This document shows, piece after piece, positions 54,685 to 63,306 of a DNA stretch of 63,746 bases. Under the pieces are notes generated by a model. The model made no database searches. It was not told the DNA's origin and saw only the letters and a program-made list of their open reading frames with translations. Both the position numbers and the translations under genes were made by a program. The DNA is taken from IMG/VR virus record IMGVR_UViG_3300027985_000695, positions 1 to 63,746 of that record, one strand, 5' to 3'. The stretch is from a virus. Lineage: Duplodnaviria; Caudoviricetes. The stretch's first letter is position 1; each line of letters starts with the position of its first letter.

Positions 54685-55110
54685 ATGAGCGAGGCTCTCA
54701 TCATAGGTTGCGGCCCAACGCTGCGCAGCGACTTGGCGCATTTGAACGCCGAGCGCATCTACTATCCTGCGTCCGCCATTTTCCTTGTGAACGATGCGGT
54801 CGGCTACTATCCCGGTCCCGCATATCACGCCGTATCTTATCACTGGAACAGGCTCGGCTGTCTTCTGACGCTGCGTCATTTCCGCAAATATCCCAAGATT
54901 CGCAACATCCACGGCCTGAGTCCTTCCTCCGACGACGCGTGCGATTTCATAACGACGAGATGGCCGTGGCGCCCGGACAAGCCGTCGAACAGCGGCGGTT
55001 TTGCAGCCTGGATAGCGGGCCGACTCGGGTACGAAAGCGTGTATCTGTGCGGCTTCGGAGGCCAGGGACATTTTTATGACCTCCCCTCCTTGACCTCTCA
55101 GTGTAGATAG
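54685..55110 (+). CDS. Rossmann-like protein (DUF115/glycosyltransferase-like)
   Basis: ALIIGCGP.L..VND..NSGGFAAWIA..LGY..VYLCGF. Confidence 0.6.
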   Translation: MSEALIIGCGPTLRSDLAHLNAERIYYPASAIFLVNDAVGYYPGPAYHAVSYHWNRLGCLLTLRHFRKYPKIRNIHGLSPSSDDACDFITTRWPWRPDKPSNSGGFAAWIAGRLGYESVYLCGFGGQGHFYDLPSLTSQCR

Positions 55111-55136
55111 GAGTATATACCAAAAAAGGACAAGAG

Positions 55137-55991
55137 ATGGCAGACCTTTCAAAAGTAGCAAGCACATCGTATGTAGTCACTCCTATTGAAGTGATGAAGC
55201 ATATTGTTGCGGATGAACTCAAGATTAAGCCTGAAGAGGTTGATGTCGGAGAGTTCCCTGAGTTCATGCCTATTGAAGATTTCAAGGAGTTGCACGATAA
55301 GCACAGAAAGCGCGTACAGCGACTCATCAAGGAGGCGGTAGCCAACGAGTACGAGAACGGCGTGCTGCCTGTCCACATCATCGCATACGCCTACGGCATG
55401 AACACCAAGAACGTATACGGCGCTATCCGCGCCTGTGGCGTCGAGGCCCGCAAGACATGTGATGCGCTGAAGGACAGGGTGTCTCGCAGGGCCGAGTTGT
55501 ACGGTCAGCATAACGACCACCTCGCGCAGTTGCGTCGCAACCACCCGATGAACGAGGGTCAGGAACTCGCGGTTGATCGTGGTGGCCTGACAGCCCCTGC
55601 CATGATGGAGGCGGCTGAGATGGATGCTTCTGACGTCATAACGTCGCATCGCAAGATTCTCGGCAGGCTCAGGGGCATAGCGAGCCGTATGATTGAGAAG
55701 ATGGAGACTCCGCACCGCTACGGCATGACCGAGTGCGACCTAAATGAGCGCTTCAAGATCGTGACGTCCGGCCTCGCCCGCCTCATCCTTCTTGAGCGTC
55801 AGGCGCATGGACTGGACTCCGGCATACATGATGAGACTGAGCCTGCGCGTTTCGAGATCGTGTTCAACAACATGGCCGACGGCAAGATGCAAAGCGCCAG
55901 CGTAAGGCAGCAGCAGATAATCGACGTTGACGCAGAGGAAGACTGCAAGGAGATGAGCATCCCTGAAGTGCAGTTTGGTAGGCAAACCTAA
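55137..55991 (+). CDS. Putative terminase small subunit
   Basis: HTH-like IAYAYGMNTKNVYG; C-terminal LARLILLERQAHGLD; upstream of the large subunit. Confidence 0.6.
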   Translation: MADLSKVASTSYVVTPIEVMKHIVADELKIKPEEVDVGEFPEFMPIEDFKELHDKHRKRVQRLIKEAVANEYENGVLPVHIIAYAYGMNTKNVYGAIRACGVEARKTCDALKDRVSRRAELYGQHNDHLAQLRRNHPMNEGQELAVDRGGLTAPAMMEAAEMDASDVITSHRKILGRLRGIASRMIEKMETPHRYGMTECDLNERFKIVTSGLARLILLERQAHGLDSGIHDETEPARFEIVFNNMADGKMQSASVRQQQIIDVDAEEDCKEMSIPEVQFGRQT

Positions 55992-56002
55992 AAGGAGCGA
56001 GC

Positions 56003-56524
56003 ATGTTCTACTGTCCAAGTTGCAAAGAGTTGAACGACGAAAGGCTTGTCGGCGTTGTTAAGGGAATACCGAGCGACCTTGACCCTCTCGGCATGCATGA
56101 GACGTATGTGTGCAACAAGTGCAAGAAAAAAATCGAGTACATGCATGAGACGACGACTGAGTATCGTCATGCAGCCAAGCAGGTTCACTGCTGCATGTGC
56201 AGGCACAGCGATGGCGACATCATAATGGTTAACCTTGACTTCTTGCGCAATGGCAACATCCACCGCTTCGAGCAGGAAGACAGCAATGGGAACGTGTACG
56301 AGGTCAAGATGACGGGTATCCGTCATTCCGACTTACCACGCGTTCTGTTGACGTGCCGTCGTTTCCCGCCGCGAGACGGTAAGCATGTCGAGGTAGACGG
56401 CATGGATCATTGCGGTGAGTTTGACAGGAGCGAGGTGAAAACGCGGGCCTTTGCGAAGGACGCCGTTGAAAAATATCTGGAATGGAAAAAGAAAGGAGCG
56501 AGCGATGAAAATTCTGTTCGGTGA
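56003..56524 (+). CDS. Cys-rich hypothetical protein
   Basis: CxxC pairs; CRRFPP...CGEF. Confidence 0.7.
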   Translation: MFYCPSCKELNDERLVGVVKGIPSDLDPLGMHETYVCNKCKKKIEYMHETTTEYRHAAKQVHCCMCRHSDGDIIMVNLDFLRNGNIHRFEQEDSNGNVYEVKMTGIRHSDLPRVLLTCRRFPPRDGKHVEVDGMDHCGEFDRSEVKTRAFAKDAVEKYLEWKKKGASDENSVR

Positions 56525-57194
56525 CACCGAGACTACCGGCGTGTCGGAGGAGCGCAACTGCATTCACCAGTTTGCTGGAATCATCGACAACTTGAGTCCC
56601 CATGATGGAGAGTTGACTCACATGGACTCTATGGTTGTCGAGATGCGTCCGCATGAGAACGCCATCGTCGAAGCCGAGGCATTGGCCGTTTCCGGCCTGG
56701 ACGTCGATGCGGTAATGAATCGCGACGTGACCTTCAACATGGGCATGAAGCGCATCCTCGCCTTCATGGACCGCCACGTAGACCGCTACAACAAGAGCGA
56801 CAAGCTGTGGTTCGTCGGCTACAACGGCAACTTCGACAAGAACATGATGTACTCCGGGTGCAAGCGCATCGGCTTCAAGTATCTCGGCAGTCTCATGTTC
56901 TGGCCGCCGATAGAGGTATCGAGCATGGCGGCCCTCATGCTTGGCCCTGACAGGCATTACATGACGAACTTCAAGCTGGCCTCTGTGGCCGCGCAGCTTG
57001 ACATCACCGAGGACAAGGTCCGCTCCGAGGCCGAGAAGATCGGCATAGAGCTTGGCGACGACCTGTACCATGACGCCATGTACGACACTCTCGTCACCCG
57101 CGAGATGTTCAAGATCGTCGCGGCCCCCTACCTGATCGCGCATAGCGCCACGCTGCATTCGCGCCAGGTTGAGCGGGCTGCGGTTCAGGGGTAG
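56505..57194 (+). CDS. DEDDh 3'-5' exonuclease (DnaQ-like)
   Basis: GDTETTG, YNGNFD, HDAMYD. Confidence 0.9.
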   Translation: MKILFGDTETTGVSEERNCIHQFAGIIDNLSPHDGELTHMDSMVVEMRPHENAIVEAEALAVSGLDVDAVMNRDVTFNMGMKRILAFMDRHVDRYNKSDKLWFVGYNGNFDKNMMYSGCKRIGFKYLGSLMFWPPIEVSSMAALMLGPDRHYMTNFKLASVAAQLDITEDKVRSEAEKIGIELGDDLYHDAMYDTLVTREMFKIVAAPYLIAHSATLHSRQVERAAVQG

Positions 57195-57333
57195 CCATGT
57201 ACATCACGATTGACGTATGGATGCCGTGTGCCCAAGCGACGCATGCGGCGTCAACTCAATATGAAAGCAACGCCGTGATACCGCGCGCCAAGGGGGTGCG
57301 TATGGGTAACAGGTAGGAGCAAACAAAGTCGCT

Positions 57334-57368
57334 GCGGCGTCGGGGCATGCTGTCCCGGCGCCGCTTTT
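57334..57368 (+). terminator. Intrinsic terminator
   Basis: GCGGCGTCGGG..CCCGGCGCCGC-TTTT. Confidence 0.6.
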
Positions 57369-57382
57369 CAAAGGGGGTGACC

Positions 57383-57757
57383 ATGAGCAAGGTTGACATG
57401 CTGTACTACATGCGCGATGAGGCTGTGAGAAAAGAGAAACACATCTGGCTCGTCGTGAACTTGTCATATGAATCGTTTTATTCCCTGATGTGCTCCATCA
57501 CGGAAGACTTTCACAGGGCCGGGTACGCTCCGTGCCCTCCAATAGAGAAACGCGACAACGGCGACTTCAAGGTAATTGGTATGACGTTCAGACCTGTCGT
57601 CGCCGACATATACACCATGATTCGTAAGCTTAGGGGTTCTTCCCGGTATTATTGCGGCGCACTGATTAATATGCCGCAGGATGACAAGCGCCTTTCAGAG
57701 ATACTCGCGTTGCTGAAGCAGTTCGACATTGAGCCATATTACATCAACGAGATATAA
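57383..57757 (+). CDS. Hypothetical protein
   Basis: RBS AGGGGG before ATG 57383. Confidence 0.65.
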   Translation: MSKVDMLYYMRDEAVRKEKHIWLVVNLSYESFYSLMCSITEDFHRAGYAPCPPIEKRDNGDFKVIGMTFRPVVADIYTMIRKLRGSSRYYCGALINMPQDDKRLSEILALLKQFDIEPYYINEI

Positions 57758-57769
57758 AGGAGTAGCAAC

Positions 57770-58075
57770 ATGTGCGAAGAGAAGAGTTGCGATGAACCGC
57801 AGGAATGCTGCGAGGACGCCCGCGCCGTCGAGCGCAGGAAGCTGCATGAGGCCGTCGCGAAGGCGTACTGCGATAAAGACCCCTGGAAACACCGCGCATC
57901 CGGCATGCGCTGCCAGACATGCATGTACTACGTCGCCAAGGCCGGCGCCCCTGTGTCGAGCGAGAAAGGCAGCTTCGGGCGCTGCCGCCGTCACGCTCCG
58001 ACGATGAACGGCTACCCCGCGTGCTTCGGAATGGACTGGTGCGGCGACCACAAACTCGACGAGAACAAGCTTTAG
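57770..58075 (+). CDS. Small Cys-rich conserved phage protein
   Basis: CQTCMYY..GRCRRHAP...YP.....WCGDH. Confidence 0.75.
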   Translation: MCEEKSCDEPQECCEDARAVERRKLHEAVAKAYCDKDPWKHRASGMRCQTCMYYVAKAGAPVSSEKGSFGRCRRHAPTMNGYPACFGMDWCGDHKLDENKL

Positions 58076-59548
58076 ATGGCCCTGAAGCGTTTCGTTCCGC
58101 CGCCGACGCTTGAGCGGTTCATGCTCAACGACGCGTTCTACCGTGGCGTCCTCGGCCCTGTGGGATCGGGGAAGTCCTCCGCGTGTTGTTGGGAGATCAT
58201 GCGCCGCGCCCAGATGCAACGCCCATCGACCGACGAGTCCCGTAAAAAGGTTCGTCGGTCGAGGTGGGCCATCATCAGGAACACCAGCCCGCAGCTTCGC
58301 GACACCACCATCAAGACCTGGCACTACTGGTTCCCGCCCGAGTCGGTGGGGGTGTTCTCCAAGACGGACATGTCGCACTACATCAGGCTCGGCGACATAG
58401 AGCTCGAAGTGATGTTTCGCGCCCTGGACCGTCCCGACGACGTAAGGAAACTCCTGTCGATGGAACTCACTGGCGCATGGGTCAACGAGGCCCGCGAGGT
58501 TCCGCTTCAGATCATCCAGTCGCTCGGCGACCGCGTTGGCCGCTTCCCGTCGATGGACGAGGGCGGCAGCGCATGGACAGGCGTCATCATGGACACCAAC
58601 CCGCCGGACGAGGATCACTGGTGGTACAAGTTCGCCGAAGAGGACGAGTGGCGGAAGAATCACGTCGAGGGCGCCGGCGAGTGGGCGTTCTACCGTCAAC
58701 CCGGCGGCTTGATTGAAGTGACCGGAGAAAACGGCGAGCCTGCGTTCATACCGAACCCGCATGCGGAGAACCTTGAGCATCTGGAGCCGAACTACTATGC
58801 GAAGCGAGTTAGCGGCAAGGACACGCATCATATTCAGGTGTACTACTGCGCCCAGTACGGCATGGTCAGGGACGGCAAGCCTGTCTTTCCTGAGTTTCGC
58901 GACGAGATACACATCGCAAAGAGTCCGCTTGAGTACATCAACGGAGTTCCGCTTGTGCTTGCTTGGGACTTCGGAAACACTCCCGCCTGTGTTGTGCTGC
59001 AACCGTCCCCGCGAGGACAACTACGTGTGCTCCGTGAGTTCGTGACGCCTGAAGGCGAGTCCCGCGGCATCAAGCAGTTCGCCCAGAACATCGTCAAGCC
59101 CGCGCTCGACGTTGAGTTCCCCGAGGCGAAGTACATAAGTTACGGCGACCCCGCCGGTGGCCAGAAGGCGCAGACAGACCAGAATACGTGCTTTTCCATC
59201 CTGCGTGACGTCGGCATCCCGACAGGTCCGGCAAAGAAGCAGGATTTGAAGAGTCGTCAGGAGGCGGTGCGTCACTACCTGACGACGATGATAGACGGCA
59301 TGCCCGGCTTCATCATCGACCGCTCCTGTGGCTACCTGCGCCGCGCCCTTGCGGGGAAATACTGCTACAGGCGCTTGCAGGTTTCAGGCGACGAGCGATA
59401 CCATGAAGTACCGGACAAGAATCAGTATTCACACATAGCCGACGCGCTTCAGTACGCTTGCGTATCGTTGTGGGCGCCGGTAAGGAGGAGCGATGAACGG
59501 TATAGACGAAGACAAGAAAGCTACGGAGGTGGCGCAGGAGGCTACTGA
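58076..59548 (+). CDS. terL: Terminase large subunit
   Basis: GPVGSGKS, WAIIRNT..QL.DTT, LSMELTGAW.NE, MDTNPP, AWDFG.TPA, GDPAG, KN.YSH..DALQY. Confidence 0.95.
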   Translation: MALKRFVPPPTLERFMLNDAFYRGVLGPVGSGKSSACCWEIMRRAQMQRPSTDESRKKVRRSRWAIIRNTSPQLRDTTIKTWHYWFPPESVGVFSKTDMSHYIRLGDIELEVMFRALDRPDDVRKLLSMELTGAWVNEAREVPLQIIQSLGDRVGRFPSMDEGGSAWTGVIMDTNPPDEDHWWYKFAEEDEWRKNHVEGAGEWAFYRQPGGLIEVTGENGEPAFIPNPHAENLEHLEPNYYAKRVSGKDTHHIQVYYCAQYGMVRDGKPVFPEFRDEIHIAKSPLEYINGVPLVLAWDFGNTPACVVLQPSPRGQLRVLREFVTPEGESRGIKQFAQNIVKPALDVEFPEAKYISYGDPAGGQKAQTDQNTCFSILRDVGIPTGPAKKQDLKSRQEAVRHYLTTMIDGMPGFIIDRSCGYLRRALAGKYCYRRLQVSGDERYHEVPDKNQYSHIADALQYACVSLWAPVRRSDERYRRRQESYGGGAGGY

Positions 59549-59765
59549 GCCTGCGCTGACAGAGTTTGTGAGCGAGGAGACGCCGACAGTCCTGGCCATC
59601 GAGCATGTAGAGAGACTCGTGTACCAGATGTACGAGTCGTTCTCCAACGCATTCGCCGAAATGGTGCAGATGCAGCAGCGCACAATCAACATGCTGGAAG
59701 CCGAGCAAAAACGCCGCGAGGGCGGCATATTCAAGCGCGTATACTATGCGCTTTTTGGTGGATGA
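59493..59765 (+). CDS. Hypothetical protein
   Basis: RBS AGGAGG; overlaps the terL end. Confidence 0.65.
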   Translation: MNGIDEDKKATEVAQEATEPALTEFVSEETPTVLAIEHVERLVYQMYESFSNAFAEMVQMQQRTINMLEAEQKRREGGIFKRVYYALFGG

Positions 59766-59974
59766 TGATCTGTCCGAATCCTGAATGCCTCGCTGAGAAC
59801 GAGACTACTGTGCGAGATACTGACTCTTCTCACGGCTTTGCAGTTGTGCGTCTTAGAAGATGCAAGAAATGCGGGGCGGTGATAGAGACAGCGGAGGTCG
59901 TTACAGAGTGGCACATGCCTGTCACCCGTGACCGCGCCTCATCCCTCGCCGAAGCCTTGCACCTCAAAGAGTAA
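59762..59974 (+). CDS. NrdR-like Zn-ribbon protein
   Basis: CPNPEC...TTVRDT....RLRRCKKCG..IETAE. Confidence 0.75.
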   Translation: MMICPNPECLAENETTVRDTDSSHGFAVVRLRRCKKCGAVIETAEVVTEWHMPVTRDRASSLAEALHLKE

Positions 59975-60041
59975 ATCAACACATCTACCTTGCATCGCCG
60001 CCTCCATAGTGTTAATGGCCCGTAAACACTGGGAGGCGGCG

Positions 60042-60581
60042 ATGGCCAAGATAGCCCTGATCGTAGGACACAAGAAGCAGCGTCCAGGCTCCTGCAACCA
60101 GAGAGACGGTGTTTGCGAGTGGGGCGTCATGAACGAGTTGGTTGAAGACATCCTCTTCAGCTACTCAGGCAAGCACGACCTCAGAAAAGTTCTTCGCGTC
60201 ACATACGACACACTCCCCTACAGCGTAAACAAGGCCGGATTCGACATGGCCATCTCGTTTCATGCCAACGGAGGCCCGCCGAAGGCCACCGGCAGCGAAA
60301 CGATCTACTGCAAGCATAAGCCGTTGTCGCTTGAGTTCGCGCAGATCATGCATGAGCAGATCGTGGACGCGATGTGCCTGCGCGACCGCGGCATCATCAC
60401 GCCTTACAACGGTCGCGGCAGTCACATTCTGTGCGAGACGGACATGCCGTGCATCCTCATCGAGCCGTTCTTCATCACCAACGACGACGACCTCGACAAG
60501 TTCTTCGACGTCAGGTTCGACCTGATCTGGAATATCTGCGAAGGAATCGAGGAGGCGAGCCATGCCATCAAAATACCTTGA
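60042..60581 (+). CDS. N-acetylmuramoyl-L-alanine amidase (Amidase_3) endolysin
   Basis: IVGH, E, ISFHAN, GSE, LRDRGI, PCILIEPFF. Confidence 0.88.
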   Translation: MAKIALIVGHKKQRPGSCNQRDGVCEWGVMNELVEDILFSYSGKHDLRKVLRVTYDTLPYSVNKAGFDMAISFHANGGPPKATGSETIYCKHKPLSLEFAQIMHEQIVDAMCLRDRGIITPYNGRGSHILCETDMPCILIEPFFITNDDDLDKFFDVRFDLIWNICEGIEEASHAIKIP

Positions 60582-60867
60582 AGACGACGACGGCAACCAG
60601 TCGTCATCGCGCCTCTTCCTCATCTTCGGCGGCCTTGTCGCGCCTCTTCTGTGCCTCATCGTCTGGGCATACTCCATCTACAAGACGGGCATCTACTCGC
60701 CCCCCGGTTGGGAGGTTGCGGGCATGAGCGTCGTCCCCGGCGCGACGAAGGTCGGCGCCGACTTCGCGAAGCGCCGGCGTCCGAAGAAGCCCGAGCCGCA
60801 GGACGAGGAAGAGCTTGCAGGCTCCCCTGTGGACCCTGAGCTTTTGGAGGAACGAGGCGATGCCTGA
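60562..60867 (+). CDS. Putative holin
   Basis: LEDD.GN.SSSRL followed by a transmembrane segment; charged C-terminus; lies between two hydrolases. Confidence 0.65.
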   Translation: MPSKYLEDDDGNQSSSRLFLIFGGLVAPLLCLIVWAYSIYKTGIYSPPGWEVAGMSVVPGATKVGADFAKRRRPKKPEPQDEEELAGSPVDPELLEERGDA

Positions 60868-61315
60868 TTACAACGCCCTGCTTGAAGCCATGCCGGAAGA
60901 CGAGCTCTTGGCCCGAGTCATCTACGGTGAATGCCGCGGCGGCGACGACGCGAGCGCAATCGCATGGGTCGTCAGAAACCGCGTCGACGAAGACCTGAAC
61001 GACGACGGCCTCGACGACTGGTGGGGCGAGGGCTACGACGGCGTGCTTCTCAAGAAGTACCAGTTTTCCTGCCTCAACTACTTCAGCAAGAACAAGAACA
61101 TCCTGGTGAACTTCAGGCGCCTCATGGACGTTCAGGAAGGCGACCCGCGCTACGACAGGTGCCTCAAGATAGCGCGTGGAGTTATGAGCGGCGAGCTCCC
61201 CGATCCTACGGGCGGGGCCACAGGGTATCACGCCGACTACTGCCGGCCTTCCTGGGCCGACAAGTGCGAGTTCCTATGCAAGATAGGCAAGCACCTTTTC
61301 TACAGGACGAGGTAG
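60860..61315 (+). CDS. SleB-like cell wall hydrolase (Hydrolase_2)
   Basis: LARVIYGECRG..AWVVRNR..YQFSC.N..DPTGGAT.YH..P.WA..IG.H.FY. Confidence 0.92.
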   Translation: MPDYNALLEAMPEDELLARVIYGECRGGDDASAIAWVVRNRVDEDLNDDGLDDWWGEGYDGVLLKKYQFSCLNYFSKNKNILVNFRRLMDVQEGDPRYDRCLKIARGVMSGELPDPTGGATGYHADYCRPSWADKCEFLCKIGKHLFYRTR

Positions 61316-61318
61316 ACC

Positions 61319-61891
61319 ATGGGAATCCTTGCGACGATTTTCGCTGCCGCTTTTGGCGGTTTCTCCATCAGGGAGTACGTCATCGGGGCGATTGCCCTAG
61401 CCGCAAGCTGTGCGCTGGTGGTCATGTATGTCCTATGGCAAGGAGCGCAGACGGAAATTGCTCGAAAGGAGGTTGTCATCGTCTCCTTGAAGCAGGTGCT
61501 GGAAATCAGGGAGAGGATGATCTCGGAGCAGAAAGCCGAGATTGACGGACTTGAAGACGCGAATGCGGAGTTGCGCGACATGGTAGGCGACATTTCCGTG
61601 CTGTACCAATCAGCGCTCAGGTCGATACGCAGCAACGAGGTTTTCTTTTCGGAGGTTGAAGATGAGCCGATCAAGGATCAGGGCGTTGTGTCTTCCGCTG
61701 CTTCTCGCGCTATCATTGCTCGCCATGCAGGGCTGTTGCAGTCTGTGCGATCCGGTGGTCACGGAGCGCCTGGTGGTGCGGACGCAGAAGCCGAAGGCGG
61801 TGCCGGAGGCGTACACTCCTACGAGCGAGATACCGGAGATTCGGTACAACCCGAAGTATCACGTCGGCAGCAAGGTCAACCAGCGAATTGA
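61319..61891 (+). CDS. Rz-like inner-membrane spanin
   Basis: N-terminal transmembrane segment plus coiled coil; 3' end overlapped by a lipoprotein ORF. Confidence 0.65.
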   Translation: MGILATIFAAAFGGFSIREYVIGAIALAASCALVVMYVLWQGAQTEIARKEVVIVSLKQVLEIRERMISEQKAEIDGLEDANAELRDMVGDISVLYQSALRSIRSNEVFFSEVEDEPIKDQGVVSSAASRAIIARHAGLLQSVRSGGHGAPGGADAEAEGGAGGVHSYERDTGDSVQPEVSRRQQGQPAN

Positions 61892-61973
61892 CATGGACTA
61901 CCATGTCATGCTTTTCATGGAAATCATGCTGCGCGACAAGACCATCGAGAAATACAAGGCGCAGACGGAATAG
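61662..61973 (+). CDS. Rz1-like outer-membrane lipoprotein spanin
   Basis: RBS GGAGG; lipobox LLAMQGC; overlaps the Rz-like gene in the +1 frame. Confidence 0.65.
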   Translation: MSRSRIRALCLPLLLALSLLAMQGCCSLCDPVVTERLVVRTQKPKAVPEAYTPTSEIPEIRYNPKYHVGSKVNQRIDMDYHVMLFMEIMLRDKTIEKYKAQTE

Positions 61974-61976
61974 GCC

Positions 61977-62885
61977 ATGTGTCACATTTTGATGATAGAA
62001 GACGATGCCGTTGCGGCTGAAGCCGCCGCGAGGATTCTTGAAAGGTCGCCAATCGACAACTTCTCCGTCGATGCGGTCAGGACTTTCTCGGAAGCGATGG
62101 AGCGCCTTGAAACATGCTTCTACGACGCTGTGTTGCTGGACTTGTTCCTGCCTGACTCGTCTGGCGTTGACACGGTGAGGAGAGCGAGAGAGATGTGCCC
62201 CGCGATGCCGATAATCGTATTGTCAGGTATCGACGACTGCAGGACGACGCAGCAATGCATAGACGCAGGGGCCGACTGCTTTGTAGTGAAGCCGTATATC
62301 AATCTGCTGCCGCGTCAGGTTTACAGCGTCGTGCAGCTTGTACACTCAAAGAACAAACTGAAGGCGCAAAGCATACAGCTTGAGAAGGCAATGAAGCTGT
62401 ATGAGGGCATACTTAACGCATCGCCTGACTGGATAGTTCGCACAACTCCCGATGGAGTCATTATATATGCAAACAGCGCGGCTTGCGCTGGAGCAGGTAA
62501 AGACATCAACGATGTTATCGGAACATCAATCTACGACTACATCTCTCCTGAGTACCACCAGCTTGCAAGGCTAAACTATGCAAGACTGTCGCAAGAGAGC
62601 AAGGTTGTGACAGGCAGTGAGTTCAAGGTGTGCGGCAGGTGGATTGCATGGATCAAAGTTGCGATATTTGACTCCAACGGAAACATCGAGGAGGTACAGT
62701 CGATAGGCCGCGACATGACGCAGTTTCATACGCAGGCTCTTGAGTTTGTACAGCACCTTGAAGACAAATACAACGCATTCAGCACGGCGAGTGAGGGCGC
62801 GGTTGAAACTACGCGGCAGGTGATGTCAGACACGATCAAGCTAATCGCACAGGCGAAGCAGGAATTAATCAGTGGAAGGCAATGA
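61977..62885 (+). CDS. Response regulator receiver + PAS domain protein
   Basis: ILMIEDD, LLDLFLPD (phospho-Asp), IIVLSG, GAD.FVVKP; PAS ..DG.IIYAN..IGTSI..IGRDMT. Confidence 0.9.
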   Translation: MCHILMIEDDAVAAEAAARILERSPIDNFSVDAVRTFSEAMERLETCFYDAVLLDLFLPDSSGVDTVRRAREMCPAMPIIVLSGIDDCRTTQQCIDAGADCFVVKPYINLLPRQVYSVVQLVHSKNKLKAQSIQLEKAMKLYEGILNASPDWIVRTTPDGVIIYANSAACAGAGKDINDVIGTSIYDYISPEYHQLARLNYARLSQESKVVTGSEFKVCGRWIAWIKVAIFDSNGNIEEVQSIGRDMTQFHTQALEFVQHLEDKYNAFSTASEGAVETTRQVMSDTIKLIAQAKQELISGRQ

Positions 62886-63306
62886 TCGCGGTAACGACAC
62901 TTCAATGAGCGTGTACTTCAACTTCTTGGAGCGCATGATGGGTAACTTCTACTCGCAGATCAATACGCTGTCTAATGGCATCACAGAGGTGGCCAAACAG
63001 TCTGCGACTATGATAGAACTCATCAAGCGCGACCCTAGCAACGCCGATGTTGCCGCCAGAATGAGCGAGAAGTTTGAAGATTTCATGGAAGAACACGAGA
63101 CAGGCTGTAAGAGCCGCTCGGTTGCCTCAAAGGACGATATCATCAAAGCGCTGCAACCGCTTGAAGTGATGAAGAAGCGCACCGATTTCGTGCTCTGGCT
63201 CGCCTCCTTCATAACCGTCGTGGCACTCCCGACGCTGTGGTTCCTATACGAAAAAATATCGCTGCTTGATGCTGCGGTGCAGGCTCTTGAGAGGGCTCCA
63301 AAATGA
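62872..63306 (+). CDS. Coiled-coil protein with a C-terminal transmembrane segment
   Basis: FVLWLASFITVVALPTLWFLY. Confidence 0.7.
   Translation: MEGNDRGNDTSMSVYFNFLERMMGNFYSQINTLSNGITEVAKQSATMIELIKRDPSNADVAARMSEKFEDFMEEHETGCKSRSVASKDDIIKALQPLEVMKKRTDFVLWLASFITVVALPTLWFLYEKISLLDAAVQALERAPK

Noticed and set aside
53867-55167. Long ORFs 53867-54379, 54223-54633 and 54337-55167
   Set aside because: They have low-complexity Arg/Pro/Ala translations over repeats and promoter-like DNA, or lie antisense to the 54685 gene.
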